A stretch of DNA of 64,000 bases, taken from an uncultured Chloroflexia bacterium. GTDB taxonomy: Bacteria; Chloroflexota; Limnocylindria; Limnocylindrales; CSP1-4. The position numbers and the translations under genes are program-made. Each line of letters opens with the position of its first letter. The stretch's first letter is position 1. Positions 63,582-64,000 of this stretch are shown one piece after another. The DNA is taken from positions 320,001-384,000 of the forward strand of contig CAVPPB010000002.1 of NCBI GenBank assembly GCA_963707215.1, written 5' to 3'. Below the pieces are notes generated by a model, which did no database searches, had not been told where the DNA came from, and was given only the letters and a program-made list of their open reading frames with translations.

Positions 63582-64000
63582 ATGCCGACGCGTCTGCCCC
63601 TCACGCTCGCCTGCGGGGACTACGACGTCAATCGCGGCCTCATCGACGGCGACGTCATCCCGCAGGGCGTCGACCTGACCGTCCTGACCTATCCGTCACC
63701 CCAGCGCCACTGGCGCATGGCCCGTGACCTGGAGTTCGATGTCTGCGAGTTCTCGCTCGCCTCGTACCTGGTGATCCACGGGCGAGGCGAACCGGCACTG
63801 ACCGCCATCCCGGCCTTCCCGCATCGCCGGTTCCGCCACGGCTACGTCCTGGTCAACGCCGACGCCGGGATCGACCGGCCGAAGGACCTCGAGGGTCGCC
63901 GGATCGGCATCAGGACCTGGCAGACGACGGCGGGCCTCTGGATGCGGGGGATCCTCCAGGACGACCACGACGTCGACCTCCGGTCGATCGAGTGGGTGGC
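63582..64000 (+). CDS. 4,5-dihydroxyphthalate decarboxylase-like / PBP2 substrate-binding protein, 3'-partial
   Basis: LTLACGDYD, EFDVCEFSLASY, AIPAFPHRRFRHG and DLEGRRIG. Confidence 0.8.
   Translation, partial: MPTRLPLTLACGDYDVNRGLIDGDVIPQGVDLTVLTYPSPQRHWRMARDLEFDVCEFSLASYLVIHGRGEPALTAIPAFPHRRFRHGYVLVNADAGIDRPKDLEGRRIGIRTWQTTAGLWMRGILQDDHDVDLRSIEWV

Overview
GC-rich bacterial window, mostly housekeeping and envelope genes. Gene content suggests Chloroflexota (Limnocylindria-like), but this is inference only. It holds an A2-type heme-copper oxidase operon with cupredoxin fusions, a polyamine ABC transporter broken by indels that are probably sequencing errors, proline metabolism genes, two ABC-2 exporters, a 2-oxoacid:ferredoxin oxidoreductase flanked by CBS proteins, CopA, fabD-fabF-fabF, ilvD and a molybdopterin oxidoreductase. 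The top finding is a candidate undescribed 'DVEGH' peptide regulon. Three separate genes (35531, 39423, 48300) encode proteins with D-D/E/A-DVEGH motifs, one of them a multi-cassette repeat precursor. Each is preceded by the palindrome TGTCG-N6-YGACA, 45-46 bp from a candidate -10 box. Two of them bracket a Crp/Fnr regulator with a CooA-like RQ recognition helix, a GAF protein and an S8 protease, with an MFS-cNMP fusion adjacent. A second candidate system is a pair of paralogous ~33-aa hydrophobic peptides ending AG-x-RW-x, one directly behind a DUF5317 gene. No rRNA, tRNA, CRISPR array or mobile element was recognised.
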